Source: Nitrososphaerota archaeon (GTDB lineage: Archaea > Thermoproteota > Nitrososphaeria_A > Caldarchaeales > Calditenuaceae). From it: a DNA stretch of 24,000 nucleotides. The position numbers and the translations under genes are program-made. Location: the NCBI GenBank assembly GCA_041641295.1, contig JBEPYO010000001.1:1016885-1040884 (forward strand), written 5' to 3'. Positions within the stretch are counted from its first letter, which is position 1. Every line of letters starts with the position of its first letter. A model generated the notes under the pieces. It was not told the origin of the DNA, made no database searches, and worked only from the letters and a program-made list of their open reading frames with translations. This document shows positions 1-8,549 of this stretch, in pieces.

Positions 1-24
1 GTCGTTCATTACGACTGCGGATTC

Positions 25-666
25 ATGGGCGGCGTAGAGGACTTTATTCGGGATAGTCAGGGACTATTGGAAAAATGTCCAAAATGCGGTAAGCCCCTGA
101 AAAGGGTTGGAATAGACTACGGGCGGCCGGGCCTAGGCTACAAGTGCCGATTGTGCGGAGCAATATTCCAATACCCGCTAACCCTCCTGAGATGTGATAA
201 GGATCACCCGACGACACTCGACAAGATTGGCGTTGAGAGATACCCCGTCTTCACGGTGAGCAAGGATCTCCAAAAGGCTCGCCCAATACTTGACCTTCTC
301 GAGAAAATCCAAGCAGAGTTAGAGCGTAGACTAAACGTAGAGGTGGAGGTCTTAAGAGTCATTAAAGGTAGGAGCAGAATGCCACATATAATTCACGCGT
401 TAATTCGCTCTGGAGATAAAGTTGTGGCTATTGAAATCCTAGATGAGAGGTCAGATATCTCAGATGCTATGAGCGTTGTTTCGAAGGCAGTGGACCTAGG
501 CATACACTTTATAGTCATTTTGGACGAGGAGAAGGCGTTAGAGCTTAGAAAAGTGCTTAATCCCGACTACTTCACTCTGATCCCAATGAGGGAAAGACGA
601 TTAGAGGATATCAGCGACCTGCTTTTGGAGTCGGTGTATTCTTTTGTCTTCGGGAAGAGTATCTAG
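25..666 (+). CDS. Hypothetical protein with N-terminal four-Cys zinc ribbon
   Basis: ORF-track ORF with an ATG start. The N-terminus carries CPKCG...CRLCG, a zinc-ribbon signature. The C-terminal half has no motif I can name. It overlaps the next gene by 23 nt. Confidence 0.5.
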   Translation: MGGVEDFIRDSQGLLEKCPKCGKPLKRVGIDYGRPGLGYKCRLCGAIFQYPLTLLRCDKDHPTTLDKIGVERYPVFTVSKDLQKARPILDLLEKIQAELERRLNVEVEVLRVIKGRSRMPHIIHALIRSGDKVVAIEILDERSDISDAMSVVSKAVDLGIHFIVILDEEKALELRKVLNPDYFTLIPMRERRLEDISDLLLESVYSFVFGKSI

Positions 667-2176
667 CAGAAGAAGGATAGTCTTCACGATTATCTTCCTG
701 TCACTGGTCTTATTCTCTCTAATTGCCTTCACCAGACAATCACTACTGTTTCTCGCATACTTCATTACTGTTTTCTATATCGCTTGGGGAGTTTATCACA
801 TACTATTAACTATAAAGGGCGTCGGGCCAGTCTTCAGACCACGCACACCCCCAAGCAGGTTCCCTAAGGTCTCCGTAATTGTCCCAGCCATGAACGAGCC
901 CATTCTGCCAAGGACCATAGAGGTGCTTGTAAACCATCAGGCATACCCCGCGGGCCTCAAGGAGGTTATCGTCGTTACCGATGACCCACTTGGCGAGAGG
1001 TTATCGCTGTTCATGCAGCAAAAATACCCAGAGAATGTCAGAGCCCTAGCCCGGAGAGCCTTCTACCCCACCAAGCCGAGCGCCCTGAACGACGGCCTCA
1101 GACTCTGCTCTGGGGAGATCGTGGGTATTGTTGACGTTGAGGATATACCTGACTCAGATGTTTTCCAGAAGGCAGTTTCAGCCCTTGTGGACTACGGCTA
1201 CGATGCCGTACAGGCTATACTGAGGATAAACAACGAGGAAGACTCGTGGATAACACGGGTCTTTGCATACGAGTATGCGGGCTGGTTCCGTATCTGGCTC
1301 AACGGTAGGTCTCGCCTCGGCCTATACACGCCGCTGGGCGGGACAGGCAACTACTTCTGGAAAACAGCAGCAGTACAAGTAGGTGGCTGGGACTCACTCA
1401 ACGTGGCGGAGGACGCGGAGCTAGCTGTACGCATGACCCTCGCCAAGATGAAGATAGGCGTCATAGACGCTAGGCATTGGGAGGAGGCTCCTGTGACCTT
1501 CAAAAAGTGGCTAAGGCAGAGGACAAGGTGGTTTAGGGGCTGGCTTCAGAGCCTCTGGAAGTACGCGCCACTGCTTTGGCGGCCTAGCTTTGTGAAGAGG
1601 ATAGGCTTCATTAAACTTCTCTCCATACTGCTAATGCTTCTCACCCCGATAGTTGTTTTATTGAACTGGGTCAGCTTCGCATTGACCGGGCTATGGATAC
1701 TGGAGTTATACGGCATAACACCCCCACTCCTCAGCAACGTCTTCCCAGTATGGGCGATCCTCCCAGCCTTCTTCAACGTGATCTACATTTCAGCCTGGCT
1801 CATAGGCGGACGCCTCGAGCGGGTTAAGACACCATGGTGGTCCGTGATCCTTCCAATGCTATTTTACACATACGTGATGATGCCTATAGCCAGCCTTAGG
1901 GCGATATACCAAGAGATAACAAAGCCGGTTATCTGGGAAAAGACAGAGCACCCAGGCCGAGGTGTGGTCGGCTTTGTAGCGGAGACTGAAGCCAAGCAGC
2001 AGATTCCGGCAGCCTACCAACCATACGAATCTCAAGAACTACAACTAAACGAATACTATACAACGCCTCAGAAAACCATATCCGAGGGAGCCGCAATAGC
2101 GTTTTGGAGCTTTATACTCGCCCTCGACCTCCTATTCATCTGGCTCCTACTATCCAACCCAAGCATCCTAAGCTGA
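644..2176 (+). CDS. Membrane-embedded family-2 glycosyltransferase, processive synthase type (BcsA/PgaC/NodC-like)
   Basis: Ordered motifs VIVVTDDP, IVDVEDIPD (DxD), NVAEDAEL (TED-like) and QRTRWFRGW (QxxRW). There are N-terminal TM helices and several C-terminal TM helices. TTG 644 is only the first in-frame start, so the true start is uncertain. Confidence 0.8.
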   Translation: MSSGRVSSRRRIVFTIIFLSLVLFSLIAFTRQSLLFLAYFITVFYIAWGVYHILLTIKGVGPVFRPRTPPSRFPKVSVIVPAMNEPILPRTIEVLVNHQAYPAGLKEVIVVTDDPLGERLSLFMQQKYPENVRALARRAFYPTKPSALNDGLRLCSGEIVGIVDVEDIPDSDVFQKAVSALVDYGYDAVQAILRINNEEDSWITRVFAYEYAGWFRIWLNGRSRLGLYTPLGGTGNYFWKTAAVQVGGWDSLNVAEDAELAVRMTLAKMKIGVIDARHWEEAPVTFKKWLRQRTRWFRGWLQSLWKYAPLLWRPSFVKRIGFIKLLSILLMLLTPIVVLLNWVSFALTGLWILELYGITPPLLSNVFPVWAILPAFFNVIYISAWLIGGRLERVKTPWWSVILPMLFYTYVMMPIASLRAIYQEITKPVIWEKTEHPGRGVVGFVAETEAKQQIPAAYQPYESQELQLNEYYTTPQKTISEGAAIAFWSFILALDLLFIWLLLSNPSILS

Positions 2177-2291
2177 AAGTGTTATTCCTCTTTAAAATTC
2201 GCATATCCACTACAGGCACGGTGTTAAAAATGGTAGATACACTGAATAACCGAGGGCTAAGCTTATTTTCCTCCGCTAGCTTCCTCTCTGC

Positions 2292-2843
2292 GTGAGGGCT
2301 AGGGTTACGGGGCTGGCTGCCGCTTGGGCTGCATACTTCTTTATAGCTGCCGCGATAGGTGTGTCGCCTTGGTTCAGCATATATGACAATGCCCTTAGCG
2401 ATCTTGGCAATTATGGGAGGCAGGGGTTTAAGGCTGCGATCTTTAACACGGGCCTAATGGTCTCAGGGATATTAGCAGCCGTAACTGCGGTCCTGATACT
2501 CCGCGGAAAGCGTCACCGCCTCATCATCCCATGGTCTGTCCTACTGTTTGTGGCTGGAGTGGATCTTGTGTTGGTTGGTGTTTTGTCTGAGGACTTTGGC
2601 GCGGCGCATGGTGTTGTCTCGGTGATCCTCTTCACGCTCTTTGGTCTGACCTTGCTGGTGTATGGTGTCTGTTCTCTCCTCATGAAGGATTGGGGGCCTG
2701 GTGTCTACGCTATTGCAGCATTTCTGGCGAGCCTTGCCACTTGGATGATAGATTGGCCTTGGACGGGTGTTGCTATTCAGGAGACTATAGCCTCTCTCCT
2801 CGTGTCGGTCGGACTAACCATAATGGCCATAAGGCACGGCTGA
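2292..2843 (+). CDS. DUF998-like polytopic membrane protein
   Basis: GTG start. PWFSIYDNALSDLG resembles the DUF998 signature as I remember it. About 6 hydrophobic helices. Confidence 0.6.
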   Translation: MRARVTGLAAAWAAYFFIAAAIGVSPWFSIYDNALSDLGNYGRQGFKAAIFNTGLMVSGILAAVTAVLILRGKRHRLIIPWSVLLFVAGVDLVLVGVLSEDFGAAHGVVSVILFTLFGLTLLVYGVCSLLMKDWGPGVYAIAAFLASLATWMIDWPWTGVAIQETIASLLVSVGLTIMAIRHG

Positions 2844-2951
2844 TACCGGTTCATCGCCACAGATTCACCCAACCCAGGGTAGTTTACGGAAAACGGTTAG
2901 GGTCTTTCATACCTGATATATGATTGTTTAAAAGACGGTGATGCTGTCGGA

Positions 2952-3491
2952 TTGGTGGGATGGTGGTTGTCTGCTAGGGAGACGCATCGCGGAGAAACAT
3001 GGGCTTACAGGTACAGGAAGGGGGCGGTGGCTAACGGGCTCGTATCCGTTTTCTGGACACTGCTTTACGTGCTGCCGTTCGAGCCTTTCCCGATGCTGCT
3101 GAAGATAGTTGTGGCTGGTGGTCCGGGGGTGTGGTTCATGCTTGGCTACCTGCTACACATGATAGTAGGCTTCGGAGGATTTCTAGGGCTGTCATACTTA
3201 TACTCTGTAGCCGAGGACTCGGGTGGTAGAAGGATCAACAATGCCCTAGCCCTTACAGGCTATGTCGCTCTATTCATCGGGTTTACCGGCACTACTTTTG
3301 GGCTGGCCGTGGCAGGGGCTGTTGGGGGCTATACGGCAGTTATACTGCATGCACCGGCTGAAAGTGTTCGCATGGTGATGGAGCCTTTCGTAAACCCTCT
3401 CAGGGTCCTATGCATAGTCGCTGTGGTAGGAGCTATCGCTGGTCTGGCGGCTCCCTACGCCTCTAAGCCCTCACCACCCACGTCTACCTAA
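2952..3491 (+). CDS. Polytopic membrane protein, unknown function
   Basis: TTG start about 25 nt downstream of a TTTAAAAG box (leaderless geometry). It has 4-5 hydrophobic segments and no recognisable family motif. Confidence 0.5.
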   Translation: MVGWWLSARETHRGETWAYRYRKGAVANGLVSVFWTLLYVLPFEPFPMLLKIVVAGGPGVWFMLGYLLHMIVGFGGFLGLSYLYSVAEDSGGRRINNALALTGYVALFIGFTGTTFGLAVAGAVGGYTAVILHAPAESVRMVMEPFVNPLRVLCIVAVVGAIAGLAAPYASKPSPPTST

Positions 3492-4380
3492 TCTTGACCG
3501 CCACCACTATGATGACGGATATGGCGAGAGCTAGTAGCAATGAGATAAGAAGGAGTGCAGTCTCGTCCGACGCCTCCCACGAGACGGGAGAGTAGGCCCA
3601 CACAGCCTCACCCCGCTGAGAGAAGCTGATAGATATGAAGCTGGGGACAGGTGCTCCACCCCCCACCACGAACAGTGATTCACGGTAGAAAACTTGTCCA
3701 TCGTCCACATACCAGCCGCCTACCACCCTCCGCCCATCCACAAATATTCCGTGAAGGACCATGTTCCCCATCGAGGCGAAGACCCCCTCATTAGAAGTGT
3801 ATGACTCGAGTGCGATTACTTCCTGCCCTCCCGACCTAAAGGAGGCGCTCCCGTCGGCCACTATTGCGAAAACCCCCTTCTCTCCCGTCGAGTAATCGTA
3901 TACTTCTCCAAACCATGTTGTATACGGGCCTTGCACTGCTGAGTAGATGGATAGTGAGAGTCTGCTTCCTGGGGCAGGGTGTGGAGCGGCCCTATAGGCG
4001 ACTAGTTGGTATTCCTTTCGCGACTCATAGACGCCTGTCACATACATTACATAGGTTGACCAGTGGTTCTGTCCCGGCTCAATCCCCGCCGCAACCTGTA
4101 AAACTGTGCCTGACATCGTCATTGCGCTCACAATAACGTAGACGGTGTTATCAGTGTAGTTGATTTTCGGAATTGTGACAACTATGGTGAGGTTTCTGGA
4201 TGAAGACCAGTCTAGGACCCCTCCGTCATCGAGTGGGCATCCCTCAGGCAAAGTTAAACCCAGCGCCCAAGGGCGTCTACTAACGACTCTTTCCCACTCG
4301 TCTGAGCCAGAAGCATTGGGTAGCAGTGCCAATAGAACCAGTAGGAAAAACAGAGGCGTGGCTGACCTCTGACGGTCCAC
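3484..4380 (-). CDS. Secreted protein with signal peptide and C-terminal membrane anchor (possible beta-sandwich, G1-peptidase-like; tentative)
   Basis: GTG start. It has a signal-like LFFLLVLLALLPNASGS and a C-terminal anchor LLLISLLLALAISVIIVVAVKIR. It lies 38 nt downstream of copA on the same strand. VLQVAAG and EVIALES are faintly reminiscent of eqolisin Gln/Glu segments. Confidence 0.6.
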   Translation of the reverse strand: MDRQRSATPLFFLLVLLALLPNASGSDEWERVVSRRPWALGLTLPEGCPLDDGGVLDWSSSRNLTIVVTIPKINYTDNTVYVIVSAMTMSGTVLQVAAGIEPGQNHWSTYVMYVTGVYESRKEYQLVAYRAAPHPAPGSRLSLSIYSAVQGPYTTWFGEVYDYSTGEKGVFAIVADGSASFRSGGQEVIALESYTSNEGVFASMGNMVLHGIFVDGRRVVGGWYVDDGQVFYRESLFVVGGGAPVPSFISISFSQRGEAVWAYSPVSWEASDETALLLISLLLALAISVIIVVAVKIR

Positions 4381-4418
4381 TCTTACCCGATAACTTGAAC
4401 AACCGCCAGATTATTATC

Positions 4419-6464
4419 TTAAAGCTTAGCGGCTTTCAGACTCAGGGAGTTGGTTAGGACTGAGACTGAGCTGAGGGCCATTGCTACGGCGGCAAGGATT
4501 GGGTTGAGGAATCCGAGGGCGGCTACGGGTATGAGTGCTGTGTTGTATATGAAGGCCCAGAAGAGGTTCTGCTTTATCTTCCGCATGGTTAATCGGCTGA
4601 GGGTGACAGCCCTCGCTATGTCTACCGGGTCGTCCTTAATCAGCACTATACCACCCGACTCCACCGCGATGTCTGTTCCACTACCTATCGCTATTCCAAG
4701 GTCTGCCTGTGTCAGGGCTGGTGCATCGTTGATCCCATCACCGACCATAGCCACCCTTAGGCCCTGCTGCTGAAGAGCCTTCACAACATTCAGCTTATCC
4801 TGGGGCTTCACGTTAGCTAGTACTTCGGTTATTCCAACCCTCTCGGCCACAGCCCGCGCAACCCGCTCACTATCGCCCGTAACCATTATGACTCTCAGTC
4901 CCATCCGGCGGAGCCTAGATACCGCCTCTGCAGCGCCCTCCCTCGGCTCGTCGAAGACACCTATGAGGCCAGCAAGGACACCGTTGACAGCGACAAATAC
5001 CACAGTGTGGCCCATAGACTCTAGCCTCTCCACCTGAGGCTCTACCTCCTTGAAGTCTACACCCTTCTTCTCAAGAAGTGTCTTATTGCCGACCAGTACG
5101 GTACTTCCCTCGACCTCTGCAACCAACCCGTGGCCGGGCAGCTCTTCGAGGCTCCTAGGCCTGACAGGCTCTAAGCCGATCTTTTTAGCGTGCCTAACTA
5201 TCGCGTCGGCGAGTGGGTGCTGCGAGCCAAGCTCCGCAGAGGCTGCCAGTCTGACAACAGTCTCCTCGTCAAACCCGTTCAGAGGCACAACCTCGGCAAC
5301 CGAGGGGACGCCCCTAGTTATTGTCCCGGTCTTGTCAAGTAAGACAGCGTCGATTCTCTGGGCTCTCTCTAAGACTTCACCGCCCTTAATCAGTATTCCC
5401 CGCTCAGCTCCCTTTCCTGTCCCCACGACGATTGCTGCCGGAGTTGCAAGCCCCAGTGCACAGGGGCACGCAATTATTAGGACTGCTATAAAGGAGGTTA
5501 GGCCTCGGAGTGAGTCGCCGTTAAGCAGGGCCCAAACAGCCAGTGATGCTAATGCTACCGCAACGACCAGTGGAACGAAGATTGATGCGACCCGGTTGGC
5601 AAGCCGCTCAACCGGCGCCTGAGCAGCCTGAGCCTCCTCCACGAGCTTTATAATCTGTGAGAGCGTTGTGTCGGCACCTACCTTCGTGGCCCTCACAACA
5701 ATCAATCCACCGAGGTTAATTGTTCCACCTATGACCTCTTTGCCCGGCTCCTTAGCCACAGGTATGCTCTCCCCCGTAATCATCTTCTCATCAACACTTG
5801 TTAGACCCTCGACCACCACACCGTCTACGGGAATCCTCTCGCCAGGCCTGACAACGACCAAGTCTCCAACGGCCACCTCCTCGACAGGGACCTCCATCTC
5901 TACACCATCCCTGACAACCCGCGCAGTGGATGGCTGCAACTCCATCAACTTCCTAATCGCATCCGACGCCTTCCTCCTAACGAGATGCTCAAGATACCTT
6001 CCAAGAAGTATGAAGGCTATTATGAGGGCGGCGACCTCGTAGTACAGGGCCTCTGGGAAGGCTCCGGGGATGAAAGTGACTATTGCACTATATCCCCATG
6101 CGGCCGTTGTCCCAATCGCTATTAGTGTATCCATGTTAGAGGTCCGAGCCCTGAGGGCGTGTATCATTCCCCTATAGAATCTGGAGCCCGCGATGAATTG
6201 GACGGGTGTGGCTAGGAGGAATAACAGAATGGGGGTGGGAATTGCGGGGATAGTTACAGGCATCCATGTCAAGATGAGTGTAGGGATGCCGAGGACGAAG
6301 CTCAGAACCGTCAGCCATTTAATCCGCCTAAGCTCGATCTCCGGCGCCATGAAACTTGCGAGGCACGACTCGGAGCAGAAATAGTAGGTAGTCCCCCTCA
6401 CAGTGGCCTTGAGAGCGTCCTCCGACTCGGCCACGAACATTCCGCAGACAGGGTCCTTAGCCAT
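4419..6464 (-). CDS. copA: Cu(I)-translocating P1B-type ATPase with N-terminal YHS/TRASH domain
   Basis: Motifs MITGESIPV, IACPCALGLATP (CPC), LLDKTGTIT, SQHPLA (HP), MVTGDSERVA and MVGDGINDAPAL. The TM signatures FIYNTALIPV and MALSSVSV fit the Cu(I) subclass. The N-terminus is DPVCGMFV...YYFCSESC. A GGAGGGTGA Shine-Dalgarno-like box ends 6 nt before the ATG. Confidence 0.95.
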   Translation of the reverse strand: MAKDPVCGMFVAESEDALKATVRGTTYYFCSESCLASFMAPEIELRRIKWLTVLSFVLGIPTLILTWMPVTIPAIPTPILLFLLATPVQFIAGSRFYRGMIHALRARTSNMDTLIAIGTTAAWGYSAIVTFIPGAFPEALYYEVAALIIAFILLGRYLEHLVRRKASDAIRKLMELQPSTARVVRDGVEMEVPVEEVAVGDLVVVRPGERIPVDGVVVEGLTSVDEKMITGESIPVAKEPGKEVIGGTINLGGLIVVRATKVGADTTLSQIIKLVEEAQAAQAPVERLANRVASIFVPLVVAVALASLAVWALLNGDSLRGLTSFIAVLIIACPCALGLATPAAIVVGTGKGAERGILIKGGEVLERAQRIDAVLLDKTGTITRGVPSVAEVVPLNGFDEETVVRLAASAELGSQHPLADAIVRHAKKIGLEPVRPRSLEELPGHGLVAEVEGSTVLVGNKTLLEKKGVDFKEVEPQVERLESMGHTVVFVAVNGVLAGLIGVFDEPREGAAEAVSRLRRMGLRVIMVTGDSERVARAVAERVGITEVLANVKPQDKLNVVKALQQQGLRVAMVGDGINDAPALTQADLGIAIGSGTDIAVESGGIVLIKDDPVDIARAVTLSRLTMRKIKQNLFWAFIYNTALIPVAALGFLNPILAAVAMALSSVSVLTNSLSLKAAKL

Positions 6465-6486
6465 TTGCCTTCACCCTCCTATCCAC

Positions 6487-6504
6487 GCCCGCGACGCGGC
6501 GGGC
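6487..6504 (-). other. GC-only hairpin between the chaperone ORF and copA
   Basis: GCCCGC-gacgcg-GCGGGC, a 6-bp G/C stem with a 6-nt loop, inside the 66-nt gap between the two genes. Confidence 0.4.
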
Positions 6505-6530
6505 ATAAGCCCACATCCCGGCGGTGCTGC

Positions 6531-6683
6531 TCATTTTCCCACATATTTCGCCGGATTCTTGTCGAAACTATCCTTACACATCTTAGAGCAGAAGTAATAG
6601 GTCACGCCGCCATACTGCGAGGTATACTTGGCCGTCTTCTCATTCACATTCATGTGACAGACTGGATCGATGGCCACGCTCAT
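6531..6683 (-). CDS. Small YHS/TRASH-domain metallochaperone (CopM/CopZ-analogue), 50 aa
   Basis: Not in the ORF track. My translation is MSVAIDPVCHMNVNEKTAKYTSQYGGVTYYFCSKMCKDSFDKNPAKYVGK*. It has the DPVCxM...YYFCS..C signature and lies directly upstream of copA on the same strand. Confidence 0.8.
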   Translation of the reverse strand: MSVAIDPVCHMNVNEKTAKYTSQYGGVTYYFCSKMCKDSFDKNPAKYVGK

Positions 6684-6702
6684 CAGTACGCTGGCCGCGT
6701 AT

Positions 6703-6846
6703 TTATGGGCTTTGCTTTAACCTGACCTCGGTCAAGCCGCAGGAAGAACACCTATAGTAGACCGAGTTTCTCTCCTCTTTCTCAGGCCTCATCTCGCCGC
6801 CACAGCAGGGACACCGAAAACCGTCATCACGCGAAGACACTCTCAC
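6703..6846 (-). CDS. Small four-Cys zinc-ribbon protein, 47 aa
   Basis: Not in the ORF track. My translation is VRVSSRDDGFRCPCCGGEMRPEKEERNSVYYRCSSCGLTEVRLKQSP*. Its GTG start overlaps the upstream stop as GTGA. An alternative GTG lies at 6840. Confidence 0.45.
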   Translation of the reverse strand: MRVSSRDDGFRCPCCGGEMRPEKEERNSVYYRCSSCGLTEVRLKQSP

Positions 6847-7121
6847 TTAATCCTCCTAGCCCTAATGATCCAGAGTGATGCCCCAATCTTCTCTATCCCA
6901 AGATACTCTTGGCCGTTGTTTTTGATAGACTTGGGGACTGTCTCACAGGAAGGCGGGTTGTCTATCAGCACTTCTAGAACTGCTCCTGTCTCAATCTGGT
7001 TGAGTGCTTTCACCGTGTAGAGCTGTGGGTAGGGGCATGTATATCCACGGAGGTCTAGGCGGTATTTCTGGTCCTCAAGTTTTGTGAGGAGTGTTGGGGG
7101 TATCTGGATGTTCTGGGCCAT
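6843..7121 (-). CDS. TusA/SirA-like sulfur-carrier protein
   Basis: LDLRGYTCPYPQLYTVKAL matches the TusA CPxP active-site region. About 90 aa, ATG start. A TATA-like ATTTAAATTA box lies about 30 nt upstream on the minus strand. Confidence 0.8.
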   Translation of the reverse strand: MAQNIQIPPTLLTKLEDQKYRLDLRGYTCPYPQLYTVKALNQIETGAVLEVLIDNPPSCETVPKSIKNNGQEYLGIEKIGASLWIIRARRIK

Positions 7122-7160
7122 ACGGGTAGCCTTAGGGTTTGGCTTAATTTAAATCTTCCA

Positions 7161-7185
7161 TTATTCAGAGCTAAGCTCAGAATAA
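7161..7185. promoter_or_regulatory. 25-bp near-perfect palindrome between divergent promoters (candidate operator)
   Basis: TTATTCAGAGCTAAGCTCAGAATAA, with 11 of 12 symmetric pairs complementary. It is flanked by TATA-like boxes at about 7146-7156 (minus gene) and about 7186-7197 (plus gene). Confidence 0.5.
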
Positions 7186-7259
7186 TAATATATAAATAAG
7201 GGCTAACCTGCTACACTGCGAGGTGTTGAGGACTGAGCCGGACCATCTACATCTCAGCC

Positions 7260-8426
7260 GTGCTGATAGGGCTGGTCTCAGTAGCGCTGGGATACTCGTT
7301 ATACCAGGTTGCGGGTAAAGGATCTCTCTGGGGCATAACGACGGGAGAGTCGAAGCTTGGTGGATTATTCTGGAAGAGCCTAGGCCTACCTGTAGACCAG
7401 TTAAGATACTTTCAAGAGTTTAAGCTCTTAAGCCCTATCGAGGACCCGACCCAGGCCATTGTATTCGCCATACTTCTCGGTGGTTTTGCCGCAGCCCTCT
7501 TAACCAGGAGCTTCGCCATCAAACACATCCCTGACAGATGGATGCTTCTCCAAGCAGTGGTAGGTGGTGTCCTGCTGGGCTATGGATCAAGGCTGGCTCT
7601 AGGGTGCAACATTGGAAACTTTCTGTCTGCTTGGGCTGGTGGGGGGCTCCACGCAGCGATATTTACCGCGGCCCTCCTCCCAGGAACCTACCTAGGTCTT
7701 AGGGTGACTGAGAAAGTGTTTATGACTAGGGCAGCCCCGAAGAAGGTCTCATTTACTATACCACCGGTAATTCAGAGATGGATAGGTGTGGGTGTGGCGC
7801 TGGCCGCGCTTGCGGTTATACCTCTGCTTCAACCGGTGGTGGCTGTCTGGTGGGCTGCAGGAATAGCGTTCGGCGTTCTCGGATGGGTGTCGAGCATATG
7901 CTTCGCCTCATGCTACAGGGACATGGTGGCGCCTAGGTATGCAAGCGGTGTCATGGTTAAGGCTGTTGGACTAGCCATCTTGACATACAGCGCAGGTGTT
8001 TATCTTCTCCAACTAGCGGGTATACCGTTCGTGCTGAAAGTGCCTCCTATAGGTGCTTTACAGTTCTTCTTAGGAGGTCTCATTTTCGGACTCGGAATAG
8101 GTGTCGCGGGCTCCTGCATATTCAGCAGTGAGTGGAGGGCAGGAGGTGGAAGCGTCTACTCAATGATAGTGCTGCTCTCGACAATACTGGCAGGAATGCC
8201 GGTGCTCTCGCTTAACTATGAGTGGTGGCTCACAGTCCTACCACAGGAGCCAAAGCCGCTTACACTATATACCTTCGGACCCCACATCGGATTTTTAGCA
8301 CCCCTAACATTCTCACTAGCAATGATCGTCTACGGAGTTTACGCAGACACCACAAGCCGCGCAGCCATAGCATCGTGGTTAGGGGCGAGGCTCTTAGGCA
8401 AGCAGACAGCACCAAGCCCACGATAG
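7260..8426 (+). CDS. YeeE/YedE-family sulfur-compound (thiosulfate-type) transporter
   Basis: About 9-10 TM helices. Two Cys-containing loops, RLALGCNIGNF and GVAGSCIFSSEW, are typical of the Sulf_transp family. It is paired divergently with a TusA-like gene. GTG start is uncertain. Confidence 0.75.
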   Translation: MLIGLVSVALGYSLYQVAGKGSLWGITTGESKLGGLFWKSLGLPVDQLRYFQEFKLLSPIEDPTQAIVFAILLGGFAAALLTRSFAIKHIPDRWMLLQAVVGGVLLGYGSRLALGCNIGNFLSAWAGGGLHAAIFTAALLPGTYLGLRVTEKVFMTRAAPKKVSFTIPPVIQRWIGVGVALAALAVIPLLQPVVAVWWAAGIAFGVLGWVSSICFASCYRDMVAPRYASGVMVKAVGLAILTYSAGVYLLQLAGIPFVLKVPPIGALQFFLGGLIFGLGIGVAGSCIFSSEWRAGGGSVYSMIVLLSTILAGMPVLSLNYEWWLTVLPQEPKPLTLYTFGPHIGFLAPLTFSLAMIVYGVYADTTSRAAIASWLGARLLGKQTAPSPR

Positions 8427-8549
8427 AAAATATCCACACTTACATTCGCGATTTTTCAATCATGGCTACAGAACTCCCGGTATTACGTGTAGCACCGCGC
8501 TACGGTAAGATTAATCAACAGGTAGCGGCCAAATGAGCCTCGCGTCGCC

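Noticed and set aside
4450-6042. Long plus-strand ORFs (4450-4773, 5050-5622, 5668-6042) opposite copA
   Set aside because: They are antisense to a gene with unmistakable P-type ATPase motifs. Their products are low-complexity and Ser/Thr/Pro/Ala-rich, typical shadow frames of a GC-rich gene.
6403-6725. Plus-strand ORFs 6403-6597 and 6465-6725
   Set aside because: They have no motifs. The same DNA on the minus strand encodes a textbook YHS-domain peptide and a four-Cys ribbon in operon register with copA.
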